Shown here: one piece after another, positions 1 through 8,898 of the stretch
Position numbering within the stretch: position 1 is the stretch's first letter
How the letters are laid out: each line of letters opens with the position of its first letter
Assembly (NCBI GenBank): GCA_001816585.1
Contig: MHCJ01000003.1
Span: 82,100 to 146,099, forward strand
Origin: Candidatus Chisholmbacteria bacterium RIFCSPHIGHO2_01_FULL_52_32
GTDB taxonomy: Bacteria; Patescibacteriota; Microgenomatia; UBA1400; Chisholmbacteraceae
Direction of reading: 5' to 3'
Length of the DNA stretch: 64,000 nucleotides
Program-made: the position numbers and the translations under genes
Notes under the pieces: generated by a model
What the model saw: the letters and a program-made list of their open reading frames with translations, nothing else
Told to the model about the DNA's origin: nothing
The model's database searches: none

Positions 1-695
1 TTCCGCTGGAGCGGTTTACACGACGCGCCTGAAATCTCTATTGTTGAGGGTATTTCTGTCGCACGGTTTGCTCCCGATCCGCTGGCGCGCGACGCCGACC
101 TTACCGTGTTTGTGCTTTCGCATCCGTTTCTCTCTGATCAAGTCCCGCGTGAGGGGTACGCGGTCCTTTACGCTAAAGATAATAATGCTTCGCGCTTGGT
201 TCGCCGCCATATTGCTCCGGCCTCGCTCATCAGCGGGCGCGAAGGGGGAAGGGTATTGAATAGGATGGGGACGTGGTGGCAGCCGAAGGTGCCGTTCGAG
301 TATCTTTTGGGCCTGAGTCAGCCGGGGTTATGGAAAAAACAACCGGACGGTAGTGGGGAGTAGGCTTCAATTTTCTTACCGGGTTCCGGTGATGAGTAAA
401 CTGCGTGAGAAGAATAAATTCAAGAACTTACCCCGCCTAAGATTGTTCTTCGTCAGTCTCTTTGGGGTGATTCGGAGCAGGCATTCCTTCAACAACAATT
501 TTCGTGACATCTGCCAGCCTTTTTGTAGGGTCGTCTTGACCCGGAGGAAGTCCAGGGTCAATGGCAATGCCTCGCTTGCTCGCCTCGTCAAGCTTAGAGA
601 GGGGAACACCTGATAAATCCGCTCTTCTGGGTTTTCTCACCCAATTCACTCGTTTAGGTCTATCTTCGGATTCGCCTGGCATTCTTGGTATTTTA

Positions 696-2030
696 TCAGA
701 CTTTCTGTAGCGTTAATAGCGTATTGAGGATGTTCTGGGCCCCGCTTAAGAAAAGCGTATCGAGATTTAAGGCTTGCTCAATTGCATGGGCAAACCAGGT
801 TTCGTGGTCATGAAGGGCGGGCTGTTCGAGGGCTTTGAGCTGGCTTTGGAAGGTTTCAGGGTTAGCCCGGCGGGCGATGCCTTTTTGCTCGAATGTTTCC
901 TGGATGCGTTCCTCCCACTCGCCCCATGGTTCCATGAGAAGGAGGAAACAGCCGGCTGCAGCCGAGTCGTACGCCATATCTCCGGAAGGTTTGGTGATTA
1001 CCCCATCGGCCCAAGGGAACATCCAAGAAACGAGTTTCTCATTGGCGTCCATAATGTTGTTTCCCCGAAGGATGCGGTAGGTGGCGGTTTGATCAAACTC
1101 GTTTCCGACGGCGATTTGGTGGGCGTTTGCAAAGAGCCCGAACATGGCGGCGAAGTCCTCGTGGGTTCCGGCATAACAGACCAGCTGAATTCTTGGTGGT
1201 GTGGCGGTGAGGTGGGGGAGGAGTTGGTTTAAGATCAATTCAATCTCGCCTTTGTTCGTGCCAAGGCCCCCAGTAGTAATCCCAAGGCGGAGGCTCGCTT
1301 CGATGGGGGACGGATGGGTGAAGCGCTCAACAAACTTATCTACGGACTTGGTTTTGCGGGCTTCGACGATACGCGGATCGACCGGCGGGCCGGTAACGTG
1401 GACGCGGTCGGCATCGAGGGTTTTCCTCTCACGCTGGGCTCCCTCAAGTAGCTCGATCTTGGTTTTGTCGTCAAAAACAGCAAAACTGAGATTGTTCTTG
1501 TCGGCATTCTTGAGGTACTGGGGGCGGACGTGGGGGTCGGTGACGGCCTGGAGGACGGTTTTACCAGCGTCAACGAGGAGGTTTCCGGTTTCGTAATGGA
1601 AGGAGGCGATGGGGCGCGTGACGTTTTGAAAAAAGAAAAGCAGCGGCTCCTTGATGGCGTCGGAGATGGGGAGCTTTTCGCGGGCCCGGGTATCGATGAT
1701 GCCCTTGATTTTTTTGAGGAGTTCATGTCGGGCGACGGCTTCGGCAATTTTCTCGGTCATGACGACTTTTTGCCAATCCTCAGCAGCGACGAAGTTCGTC
1801 GGATCAACGAACCAGAAGGTTTTGTCACTGTGGGCCGCGGTCACGAGGAGCGAGAGCGCTTGGGAGTAGTGGGCGCGGGAGAAGACGATTTCCTCTCTTT
1901 TAAACTTATACGCATACTCCTCGCCGATCTGGTCGAAGGCGGTGGCGGAGACGGTGGCGATGGGAACTTCGGCTTCTTCAAGAAGTTTGCGTTCTTTTTC
2001 GAGGATGGTTTGGAGCTCTGGGTCCATCAA
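696..2030 (-). CDS. GT-B glycosyltransferase (GT28 MurG/MGDG-synthase-like)
   Basis: 444-aa ORF. The C-terminal half has a GT-B pattern (…ADGVITKPSGDMAYDSAAAG…EPWGEWEE…) resembling the MurG/UgtP nucleotide-sugar-binding domain. Judged by eye only. Confidence 0.5.
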   Translation of the reverse strand: MMDPELQTILEKERKLLEEAEVPIATVSATAFDQIGEEYAYKFKREEIVFSRAHYSQALSLLVTAAHSDKTFWFVDPTNFVAAEDWQKVVMTEKIAEAVARHELLKKIKGIIDTRAREKLPISDAIKEPLLFFFQNVTRPIASFHYETGNLLVDAGKTVLQAVTDPHVRPQYLKNADKNNLSFAVFDDKTKIELLEGAQRERKTLDADRVHVTGPPVDPRIVEARKTKSVDKFVERFTHPSPIEASLRLGITTGGLGTNKGEIELILNQLLPHLTATPPRIQLVCYAGTHEDFAAMFGLFANAHQIAVGNEFDQTATYRILRGNNIMDANEKLVSWMFPWADGVITKPSGDMAYDSAAAGCFLLLMEPWGEWEERIQETFEQKGIARRANPETFQSQLKALEQPALHDHETWFAHAIEQALNLDTLFLSGAQNILNTLLTLQKV

Positions 2031-2089
2031 CTTTCATGATAAATATTTTTGGCGTGCTTGTCCAGGGAAGTATAGGTTGCTACTTTCTT

Positions 2090-2291
2090 GTTCGCACAAG
2101 AGGGCAGATACTTCTTTGCTCACCCAAAGAAGTATCCAAGAAAAGGTGCCCCATGAGCGTTCTTTCGGGAACACGTCTCGCTCACGCAATGCGATCAAAC
2201 TCCTTCGCGTCGAGCACTCGTCAGACAGTTGATCGCTTTTCAATGGTGTTCGCTTTCGCGTGTTCTCGAATAGCTCCGCTCAAAGGGGAAC
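2090..2291. repeat. Copy 1 of a ~200-bp interspersed hairpin element (family also at 22551-22755 and partially at 18100-18180)
   Basis: Long near-identical stretches shared with 22551-22755 (…gaatgacgcccc(a)tgagcg(g/t)tctttcgggaac…gcgatcaaactcct…gatcgctt…cgctcaaaggggaa). Contains a perfect 12-bp hairpin, GATACTTCTTTG…CAAAGAAGTATC. Confidence 0.5.
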
Positions 2292-2367
2292 AGCCAAAAT
2301 ACTAAAGACTAAAGACTAATGACTAAAGACTGAATGCTCAACCCTATACCCTATTCTTTGTTTTGCT

Positions 2368-3759
2368 TTGACGATGAGATTTACATACACTGAATGTATG
2401 GAGAAAGGGAGGTTTTCCGATTTCTTTGCCCGTGAGGATGTGATGGTGGTTTTAACCAGCTCACCTGCGGGGCTGGGACATGTACGGGTCACGGAAGCGC
2501 TGCGCGGGGGGTTGGAGGAAGGGGTGCGGGTGGAGGTGTTGGGACTTGAGGATCAGTCGGCTCAAGGGTTGCATCGGGCGGCAAGCCGAAACGTGATTTT
2601 GCGGGCAGTTATGGAGTTCGTTCAGAACAACCCATTGGTTGAGGAGAGTTTTTCAGAGCTGTATCGGGAGCGGCTGCGAAGAAAAGGCAAGGAAGCCTAC
2701 CATCGGCTGGTTGAGCTGGTCAAAAGACGACGGCCAAAACCCAAAGTGCTGTTGATTGTTTCCACCCATTTCGGTCTAGGATACCAGATAGCTGCGATCA
2801 AAAATAGGCTTGCCGAGGAGTTTAAACTGTGCGTGGTTTTGGCAGTGGTAGTGACCGACGATTCGCCGCAGAAGGTGTGGGGAGTGGTCGGTGCGGATTT
2901 TCTGTTTGTTCCAAGTCTAACCACAAAAGAATCTCTGGAAAGATACATGATGAGAATTACCAGAATTGTGCCGGAGGTGTTTGTAGTGCCGTATCCGGTT
3001 TCCGCAGATTTCTGTCAGCCTTTAACAAACAAAGCGTTTGCCGATCGGAAGTTGCAAGTCAATCCCCGGTTCAAAGAGCCGATGAAGATCATGATTCCAA
3101 TATCCGGTGCAGCCGTCCAATTGAACTATATTGAGGAAATGATTACTACATTAGAAAAGGAGAGGATTGCCGACATAACCGTTGTCTCTAGGGAATCAGA
3201 CTACACAAAACGGTTTTTGTCATGGTGCGGAGAGAGAAAATCGGTACGGGTGGTCGCGGAGATACAGGACCGGGATGTCGTCGCCGGCTATGAGAAGGAG
3301 TATGCCAACTCGGTATTCGGAGTCGAGATTACCAAACCCTCCGAGCAGGCTTTTAAGGCATTGATTACCCCGAAGCAGCGCGGTGGGGTCATCCTTCTTT
3401 TTTCGAATCCGGTCGGAAGGCAGGAGAATGATAACCTGGCGTTTTTGGTGCGGCACGATCTGTTGCCGTCTCCCGCTGATCGGGAGGTTCTCGGGAGATA
3501 TCTTTCTACCGGCGAGCGGAGGCTTATTGACGCAGCATTTTTAGAACGGGCGCAGCATTGGCGGGGGTTACTCCTCCCGTCTTCGGGAAGGGATGCCGGG
3601 AGGGCAATTTTGAAGCTTAGGCAGTGCGGGGTTTTGTCAGCGATGCTTGATTTTTCAGGGTACATGGACCACCCGGAATTGCGCAGCGATGGTGTCAGGA
3701 GGATTTGGAAGAAACTTGCGACAAGGGTGGGGGAGAAGTGCGGGATAGCAAGTAGCTAA
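2368..3759 (+). CDS. GT-B glycosyltransferase-like protein (MGDG synthase/UgtP-like N-terminus)
   Basis: 463-aa ORF. N-terminal 'VLTSSPAGLGHV' resembles the G-loop of MurG/MGDG-synthase family enzymes. Divergent from the upstream glycosyltransferase. The start may instead be the ATG at 2398. Confidence 0.45.
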   Translation: MTMRFTYTECMEKGRFSDFFAREDVMVVLTSSPAGLGHVRVTEALRGGLEEGVRVEVLGLEDQSAQGLHRAASRNVILRAVMEFVQNNPLVEESFSELYRERLRRKGKEAYHRLVELVKRRRPKPKVLLIVSTHFGLGYQIAAIKNRLAEEFKLCVVLAVVVTDDSPQKVWGVVGADFLFVPSLTTKESLERYMMRITRIVPEVFVVPYPVSADFCQPLTNKAFADRKLQVNPRFKEPMKIMIPISGAAVQLNYIEEMITTLEKERIADITVVSRESDYTKRFLSWCGERKSVRVVAEIQDRDVVAGYEKEYANSVFGVEITKPSEQAFKALITPKQRGGVILLFSNPVGRQENDNLAFLVRHDLLPSPADREVLGRYLSTGERRLIDAAFLERAQHWRGLLLPSSGRDAGRAILKLRQCGVLSAMLDFSGYMDHPELRSDGVRRIWKKLATRVGEKCGIASS

Positions 3760-3880
3760 TGGCTAATGGCTGATAGCTGATAGCAGATAGCATATAGCTA
3801 ATAGCTTATGGCTAATAGCGGATAGCAGATAGCGAGTAGCAAACGGCTGATGGCACATAGCGTTTAGGGTTTAGCGTATA
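3760..3880. repeat. Cryptic tandem array of (A/G)TAGC-type 5-6-mers (tagctaatggctaatggctgatagctgatagcagatagc…)
   Basis: Directly visible. The same family recurs at 15114-15230, 45835-45860 and 61110-61150. Confidence 0.6.
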
Positions 3881-3934
3881 GCGTACAGGATGTAGAAAGA
3901 TTGATGATTTATGAAGGTTTCTCATGGGGACTGT

Positions 3935-5065
3935 CTATGATTTTTGTGCGGCGGAGATGTCCCTGAGGATACGCTGCGGTTCAATCAACGGGGTGACGTG
4001 GAGGCCTTGCTCTTCTTTAAGGAAAACGACCTGGGGATTATCTGAGACTTCTTGCTCGAGTTCGTAACTCCTGGTTAAGCGATCGTTCTTTCCAGCCCAT
4101 ATGACTATTTTTCCTCCCTCTTTTACTTTCATCTGCTGCCAAGACTTTGCTTTTCGACAGACCTTGTCTAACTGAGCGTTGAAGATGGCAGATTTGATTT
4201 TATCCTGATGGGGGAGGTCTGGTGTTTTTCTTCCCCAGACCAACGAATAAGCGGGTAATCTGCCGAGCATTCCGGAGAATCCGCCGATCTCGTAGGCCAG
4301 GCCGGCAGCGAGCTCCATTCTCGATTGATCGACTGAACTGGCTGGGGAGAACAGGACGGCTTGGCTGACACGCTTTTGAAACGCCTGGTCGTTGAGGATC
4401 TCGCTGACGATAGGACCTCCGGTTGAGTCAGCCCAAAGCTCAATTTCTCCTTCTGGTGCAACTTGCCTTAGAGCACATTTGAAGAATGTGACATGGGGTT
4501 CGTAGTTCGGAGATCGGGAGGCCTTGTCGGCAAATTCCGCGGTCGTCCTTCCCAGGCTTGATTCCGGATAGCCAATGACTACAACTTTTCTTCCCATGAA
4601 AGCTAACTCCTGCGCTAGGCCACCCACAGGATCGATATCGGCAGAGATGCTGGGGATGAGATAGATTGGCGGTTTTTTCTCCGTTTCTAGGGTGGTCTGT
4701 GACTCCGGAGGATCGAGGATGAGGAGGCGGCTTGTCTGTGGGCCCAAGTCGGGGAGATTGACGGTGATTTCACCCTGGTTGAGGTAGCGACGGGCAATCT
4801 CGTCGCGGATGTGGGCTTCGGCGATGATGCGCTTGCGACCGTCGGGGTCGGTTTTTGGCAGTTCATAATAGCGGCGGAGAAGATCGGCTCTCACGTTGCG
4901 GTTAAGCAATGAGCGGTTGATCTCTCTGGGCTCTCCGGGGATGCGGCTTGGGTGGGTGGCAGCTCTGACGAGATACCAGAGCCTGTCGAACCGTTCGAGG
5001 AGGTTTCTCTCCGGGACTTCGGTTTCTTGAATGGGTGGATGTAGTTCTCCGTGCGCTTCGTTCAT
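3935..5065 (-). CDS. Alpha/beta-hydrolase-fold protein (hypothetical)
   Basis: The ORF track gives 3935..5206, but its first 47 codons are the reverse translation of tRNA-Trp ('AGPPGFEPG'). The start was therefore moved to Met48 (codon 5063-5065). The body has hydrolase-like composition; function unknown. Confidence 0.5.
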   Translation of the reverse strand: MNEAHGELHPPIQETEVPERNLLERFDRLWYLVRAATHPSRIPGEPREINRSLLNRNVRADLLRRYYELPKTDPDGRKRIIAEAHIRDEIARRYLNQGEITVNLPDLGPQTSRLLILDPPESQTTLETEKKPPIYLIPSISADIDPVGGLAQELAFMGRKVVVIGYPESSLGRTTAEFADKASRSPNYEPHVTFFKCALRQVAPEGEIELWADSTGGPIVSEILNDQAFQKRVSQAVLFSPASSVDQSRMELAAGLAYEIGGFSGMLGRLPAYSLVWGRKTPDLPHQDKIKSAIFNAQLDKVCRKAKSWQQMKVKEGGKIVIWAGKNDRLTRSYELEQEVSDNPQVVFLKEEQGLHVTPLIEPQRILRDISAAQKS

Positions 5066-5112
5066 GGAGTTTTCTTGGACATAGTATACATCTTGGGGTA
5101 AAATACAGGCAG

Positions 5113-5184
5113 AGGGCCATGATGTTAACGGCAGCATGGCGGTCTCCAAAACCGCTCGTCCAGGTTCGAATCCTGGTGGCCCTG
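5113..5184 (+). tRNA. trnW: tRNA-Trp (anticodon CCA)
   Basis: 72-nt cloverleaf folded by hand. Acceptor stem AGGGCCA/TGGCCCT. D-stem ATGT/GCAT with loop TAACGGCA. Anticodon stem GCGGT/ACCGC with loop CTCCAAA (anticodon CCA). T-arm CCAGG-TTCGAAT-CCTGG. Discriminator G. CCA is not encoded. Confidence 0.85.
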
Positions 5185-5267
5185 CAATGACTAGGTCATG
5201 AAACATTTGAGACTCTCAGCAGTCTCATGCCAGCTGATTTCCATTGCATTCGCTATCGAGCTCCCAA

Positions 5268-5303
5268 ATACTCATGGAGCGTGTATCGTGCGCTCATGAG
5301 TAT
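5268..5303 (+). other. Perfect 13-bp-stem hairpin (ATACTCATGGAGCG-tgtatcgtg-CGCTCATGAGTAT) 84 nt downstream of tRNA-Trp
   Basis: Inverted repeat seen directly. It is followed by a second GC-rich imperfect stem at 5304-5340 and has no T-run. It may be a processing or termination structure, or part of a small RNA. Confidence 0.4.
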
Positions 5304-5368
5304 ACTGGAGACCTCGCTCGGGTTCGGAGCCTCCGAGAGCTGCAAAAAGCATCTTGATGGAGTAAAAT

Positions 5369-5632
5369 ATGGTTATGAAGAATTGGAATACTGACGTTTC
5401 TCGTTTCAAATCACCTCAGCATAAGCGCCTTTGGGAACTCTCTCAGCTTATCAATTATGGCCTCGAAGGGCGTAAACTCAACAAACGCGAACTTGCTATA
5501 AATTGGGCCGATTTGAAACCACTGCTCGATCCTGAACGGGCAAGAATGTTAGAATTTATCCTATGGAGAAAACTGTACTCACTCCCAACCAACGCGCGGT
5601 TCTGGAATCTCTCGCCCAAGAAAAATACATAA
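5369..5632 (+). CDS. Small ORF upstream of and overlapping the AbiEii-like gene (candidate cognate antitoxin, truncated AbiEi-like?)
   Basis: 87-aa ORF ending 70 nt inside the toxin gene in another frame. The assignment is purely positional; no recognisable domain. Confidence 0.3.
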   Translation: MVMKNWNTDVSRFKSPQHKRLWELSQLINYGLEGRKLNKRELAINWADLKPLLDPERARMLEFILWRKLYSLPTNARFWNLSPKKNT

Positions 5633-6225
5633 CCGAAACCTTCTTCTTGTCCGGAGGAACTGCCCTTTCTGCATTTTATTTTAAACACAGAATCTCCGAA
5701 GACTTCGATCTTTTTTCCGAAAAGGTATACGAAGCTAAAAAAGTTGCTATCTGGGTGCAAAAGGCCGCAAAAAATCTCAAGGTTCAGAAAGCTGAACAAC
5801 AAAAACTCACTGGTCAGGATGTCTATTACTTCTCTTTTGGCAAAAACGACTTTGTTAAAGTAGATTTCTCGTATTTTCCGTTTCCTCACCTGGGAGAATT
5901 TACGAAATATCAAAAGCTGAGGATTTCGAGCCTTGAAGACCTTGCCGTGAACAAACTTCAGGCTATAGTAACGAGAAAAAGATCTAGAGATTACGTAGAT
6001 TTATACCTGTGTTTACGAACTCTCAAATGGTCTTCAGAAGATATGCAGAAATACTACAGGCTCAAGTTCGATATGCACGTCAGTTTTGAGCAACTTGCTA
6101 CTTCGTTTACTAACGTTGTTGATGCACACGACGCGCCAAAATTCTTGGGAAAGACATCCTGGGAGGTCGTGAGAAAATATTTTCTTTCCTTAGCCCAGGA
6201 ATTAAAAAGCAAAATTATTGAATGA
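5563..6225 (+). CDS. AbiEii/DUF1814-family nucleotidyltransferase (type IV TA toxin-like)
   Basis: 220 aa. Motif '…FFLSGGTALSAFYFKHRISEDFDLF…' matches the GGTAL…HR.SEDxD signature of AbiEii/AbiGii nucleotidyltransferases. Confidence 0.65.
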   Translation: MEKTVLTPNQRAVLESLAQEKYITETFFLSGGTALSAFYFKHRISEDFDLFSEKVYEAKKVAIWVQKAAKNLKVQKAEQQKLTGQDVYYFSFGKNDFVKVDFSYFPFPHLGEFTKYQKLRISSLEDLAVNKLQAIVTRKRSRDYVDLYLCLRTLKWSSEDMQKYYRLKFDMHVSFEQLATSFTNVVDAHDAPKFLGKTSWEVVRKYFLSLAQELKSKIIE

Positions 6226-6248
6226 TCTTGAAAATTGTGATGTTCAGG

Positions 6249-6278
6249 TAGGTTCGAACGTCGTCCATCAGGTGCTGC
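6249..6278. repeat. 30-bp direct repeat, copy 1 (taggttcgaacgtcgtccatcaggtgctgc)
   Basis: Identical 30-mer at 6684-6713. The two copies bracket ORF 6307..6681 exactly. Confidence 0.7.
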
Positions 6279-6306
6279 TATATAGCCTAAGTGATATACT
6301 TAATTT

Positions 6307-6681
6307 GTGAAGAGAAAATACCTAATTTTCTTTATAGTTCTAATCGCCTTTTTCCTCTTACTAATATTTAGACAAGGGTACTATCCCTGGGAACATATAA
6401 GCTGTATTTTTTCCAGAGGAGACTACCAGGGATTAGCAGGTCCGCTTGGCTCTCCCCCGCTCGGATTTAAATGCGTCCACACTTTTAGCGATGCAGGTAA
6501 AAAATGCTTCAGCAACAATGATTGTCAGGGAAATTGTCTGGTCACCAAAGATACAATTGTAGAAAAAACTGGACTACTAAAGTCCAAGGTCACTGGTGGA
6601 TTTGGAGCCTGCGAGGCAAACGATTTAAGATACCCATCCTATCCAGGTGATTTTGAAAATCCTCAAGGCTGGATAATCTAA
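6307..6681 (+). CDS. Small secreted/membrane-anchored Cys-rich protein (hypothetical), low-GC cassette
   Basis: 124 aa with an N-terminal hydrophobic segment and six Cys in the mature part. AT-rich relative to surroundings. Flanked by perfect 30-bp direct repeats. Confidence 0.5.
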   Translation: MKRKYLIFFIVLIAFFLLLIFRQGYYPWEHISCIFSRGDYQGLAGPLGSPPLGFKCVHTFSDAGKKCFSNNDCQGNCLVTKDTIVEKTGLLKSKVTGGFGACEANDLRYPSYPGDFENPQGWII

Positions 6682-6683
6682 AA

Positions 6684-6713
6684 TAGGTTCGAACGTCGTC
6701 CATCAGGTGCTGC
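6684..6713. repeat. 30-bp direct repeat, copy 2
   Basis: Identical to 6249-6278. Confidence 0.7.
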
Positions 6714-7035
6714 AACAGTCTTCTGGGATGTAACCTCTATCCTTCGACTACGCTCCCTTCGGCATTGCTCAGGGCAAGAAAGACCGGTTGGGGTTCGACT
6801 TGTGGTGTGCTTGTTGAACCATTCCCTCCGGCCCTGCACTTCGACGCGATTCTCTCGCTCAGTGCGAGGGAGTCGATGCGAAGTATAGCGGAGGGATGAG
6901 AAGTTTACCCTAAGCGAAGTCGAATGGGATTCCCTCCGGCCCTGCAAGGTGCCATTCGATAACTATAACTGGATCTAGCCAGTTGATACGCTTTGACTTC
7001 TTGAAATCCCTCCATAGATAATTTATAGTCAGGTC

Positions 7036-7329
7036 ATGTTAACAAAGACAGATTTAAAAGAAATCAGAAAAATAATAAGGGAAGAGGTTGAAACTGAGTC
7101 TGAAAATAATAAAAGTGAAATTCAGGCAGAAATGAAAATGAACATGATAAGAGTTGTTACGGAAATAAGAGAATTAAGTTCTCGGCTTAAGAATGTAGAA
7201 GTGAAGTTAAACAAAATGCAGAAAGACCTGAAATATTCAGTAAATTTCCTTGACAAATTTGGCTTGAAAATCCAAAGTAGGGTTGAAAGAATCGAAGCAC
7301 ATCTTCGTCTAGAACCCATTTCTTCTTAA
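7036..7329 (+). CDS. Small coiled-coil protein (hypothetical)
   Basis: 97 aa, K/E-rich with heptad-like composition. AT-rich. Confidence 0.4.
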   Translation: MLTKTDLKEIRKIIREEVETESENNKSEIQAEMKMNMIRVVTEIRELSSRLKNVEVKLNKMQKDLKYSVNFLDKFGLKIQSRVERIEAHLRLEPISS

Positions 7330-7511
7330 GCCAGTTCCCTTCAAGATTTACTGACCCCTGCCCGTTTTCAATGATGCTTCCTTCAATCTTCCGATGTCTT
7401 GGCCAAATTACTCCAGGATTGTCTTGACGGAGCGCAATCCATTCCGAGGCTGTTTTTAAAAAAACCTATAGCGCTTGACACCTATTTTAGCTGTGGTACG
7501 CTTGACTAAGC

Positions 7512-7931
7512 ATGGTAGAAATGCCATCGGTTGAGACCGCTCCAAAAATGGTCGCCCAAGACAAGGCTGCAGAAGAGCCCCATTTGCATACCGAGTTCGG
7601 CGCCATCAGCCCGGATGATGTCGGTATTTACGGAAGAGTGATCGGCCGCCTTCGTCAGCAACCTGATGCTGAAGGGGTATCAATCCTTATCCTTTCAAAG
7701 GGGGAGCGGTCTTTTGAAGGAAAGGATCTTACGATCCCTGAAGGGAAACTTGGGCTCATTTTTCAGGAGAACAAACCAGGGGCAATTGATGCCCGATTTT
7801 TTGGGGCGCTGTCCAGGGCACTTCAACTGGAGAAGGATGTTGAGAGCCGGAGGTTTGCGAAAATTGATGAACTCGCGAAGGCAAAAAGTGCACATCCAGA
7901 GGGTAATAAACCGAAACGCATGGCTGCTTAG
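7512..7931 (+). CDS. Hypothetical protein
   Basis: 139-aa ORF with ordinary composition. Confidence 0.45.
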   Translation: MVEMPSVETAPKMVAQDKAAEEPHLHTEFGAISPDDVGIYGRVIGRLRQQPDAEGVSILILSKGERSFEGKDLTIPEGKLGLIFQENKPGAIDARFFGALSRALQLEKDVESRRFAKIDELAKAKSAHPEGNKPKRMAA

Positions 7932-8079
7932 TCCGCTTCTGTTCATGTAGTCGCTCGGGTTTCTATATCGGCTGATCCAGCCGTCTCGCAATCCAGAGAG
8001 CGTTTTAGGTTGGATACAAGCGGAATTTTTGGTGAATATAGTTGCCCTGCTGTGCTAGACTATAAGCCTAAAGGTTGTT

Positions 8080-8898
8080 ATGCAAAGCCCTGAACAATCG
8101 AGCCAGAACTCGCATGTGAATTTTCGTGAGCTCCGCTATGGGCTACTCCCTGTGGGTGAACTCCTCATCCGCCTCACCGAGGCGAGCGGTGATGTTCATA
8201 CTCAGGAAGGTCTATCCAAAGCTTCCGCCATGCTCAGTCAAAGGGGAATGGTGGTTTTGGATGCCCACCTTGCACCCTTTGATATTATCGCAACCAGTAT
8301 TGCTCTGAGCGAGGGGTTGAAGGTTAGGAGTTGCGTGGCCCCGGTATCTGCCTACGATTACTATTTCCCGATCATTCGCCGGGGATTTTTTTCCAGGCTG
8401 GGAAAGATCAACGGTGTCGAGCTGTTTCCGGTGTATCGGGATCAAGACTTAGAACACTGGAAGAACAAACCGTTTCAGCCGCCCAAACAGGATTGGCGGC
8501 AGAGACGGGAAGCGGTGCTTTCGTACTATCGAAGGTCTCTCTCGGCTGTTGCGGAACCCGGTTCGCTGGTAGTGGTTGCCGCATACAACGGAGTCAACCG
8601 GCTCGGTGAGGATCTGGCCAACGGAGTGTCGCGGCTTTTAAAATCTGGAAGCCCGGCGCTGTGTTCCGTTTCCCGGTTCGATCAAAAGTCGGGTAAATTC
8701 CGTCTCTTCACGGCAGAGGACTTGCTTGAGTTTCCGCAGGAGGTGACAAGAAATGAGCTCCATCGTGCAGTGCATACCCAACATCGGGAAATACTGGGGC
8801 GCATTGGAGCGATGCGAGGAGCGGGGGAAATAGCACTTGAGGCCCGAGGACAAGAGTTTAGTCTGGACAGTGGCCCGGATTCTTCGAACTTAGGGTAA
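8080..8898 (+). CDS. Acyltransferase-like protein (HX4D motif 'HLAPFD')
   Basis: 272 aa. It has an HxxxxD motif typical of lysophospholipid acyltransferases. A further PlsC-like acyltransferase and a possible third (8890..9720) lie nearby. Confidence 0.4.
   Translation: MQSPEQSSQNSHVNFRELRYGLLPVGELLIRLTEASGDVHTQEGLSKASAMLSQRGMVVLDAHLAPFDIIATSIALSEGLKVRSCVAPVSAYDYYFPIIRRGFFSRLGKINGVELFPVYRDQDLEHWKNKPFQPPKQDWRQRREAVLSYYRRSLSAVAEPGSLVVVAAYNGVNRLGEDLANGVSRLLKSGSPALCSVSRFDQKSGKFRLFTAEDLLEFPQEVTRNELHRAVHTQHREILGRIGAMRGAGEIALEARGQEFSLDSGPDSSNLG

Noticed and set aside
5066-5206. N-terminal 47 codons of ORF 3935..5206 (and ORF 4902..5120)
   Set aside because: They are the reverse-strand read-through of tRNA-Trp (peptide 'AGPPGFEPG' is the translated T-arm). 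The true start is Met at 5063-5065.
6678-6947. 89-aa minus-strand ORF in the non-coding segment after the cassette
   Set aside because: It has Arg/Ser-rich low-complexity translation with no start context. The region is better explained as repeat-containing non-coding DNA.
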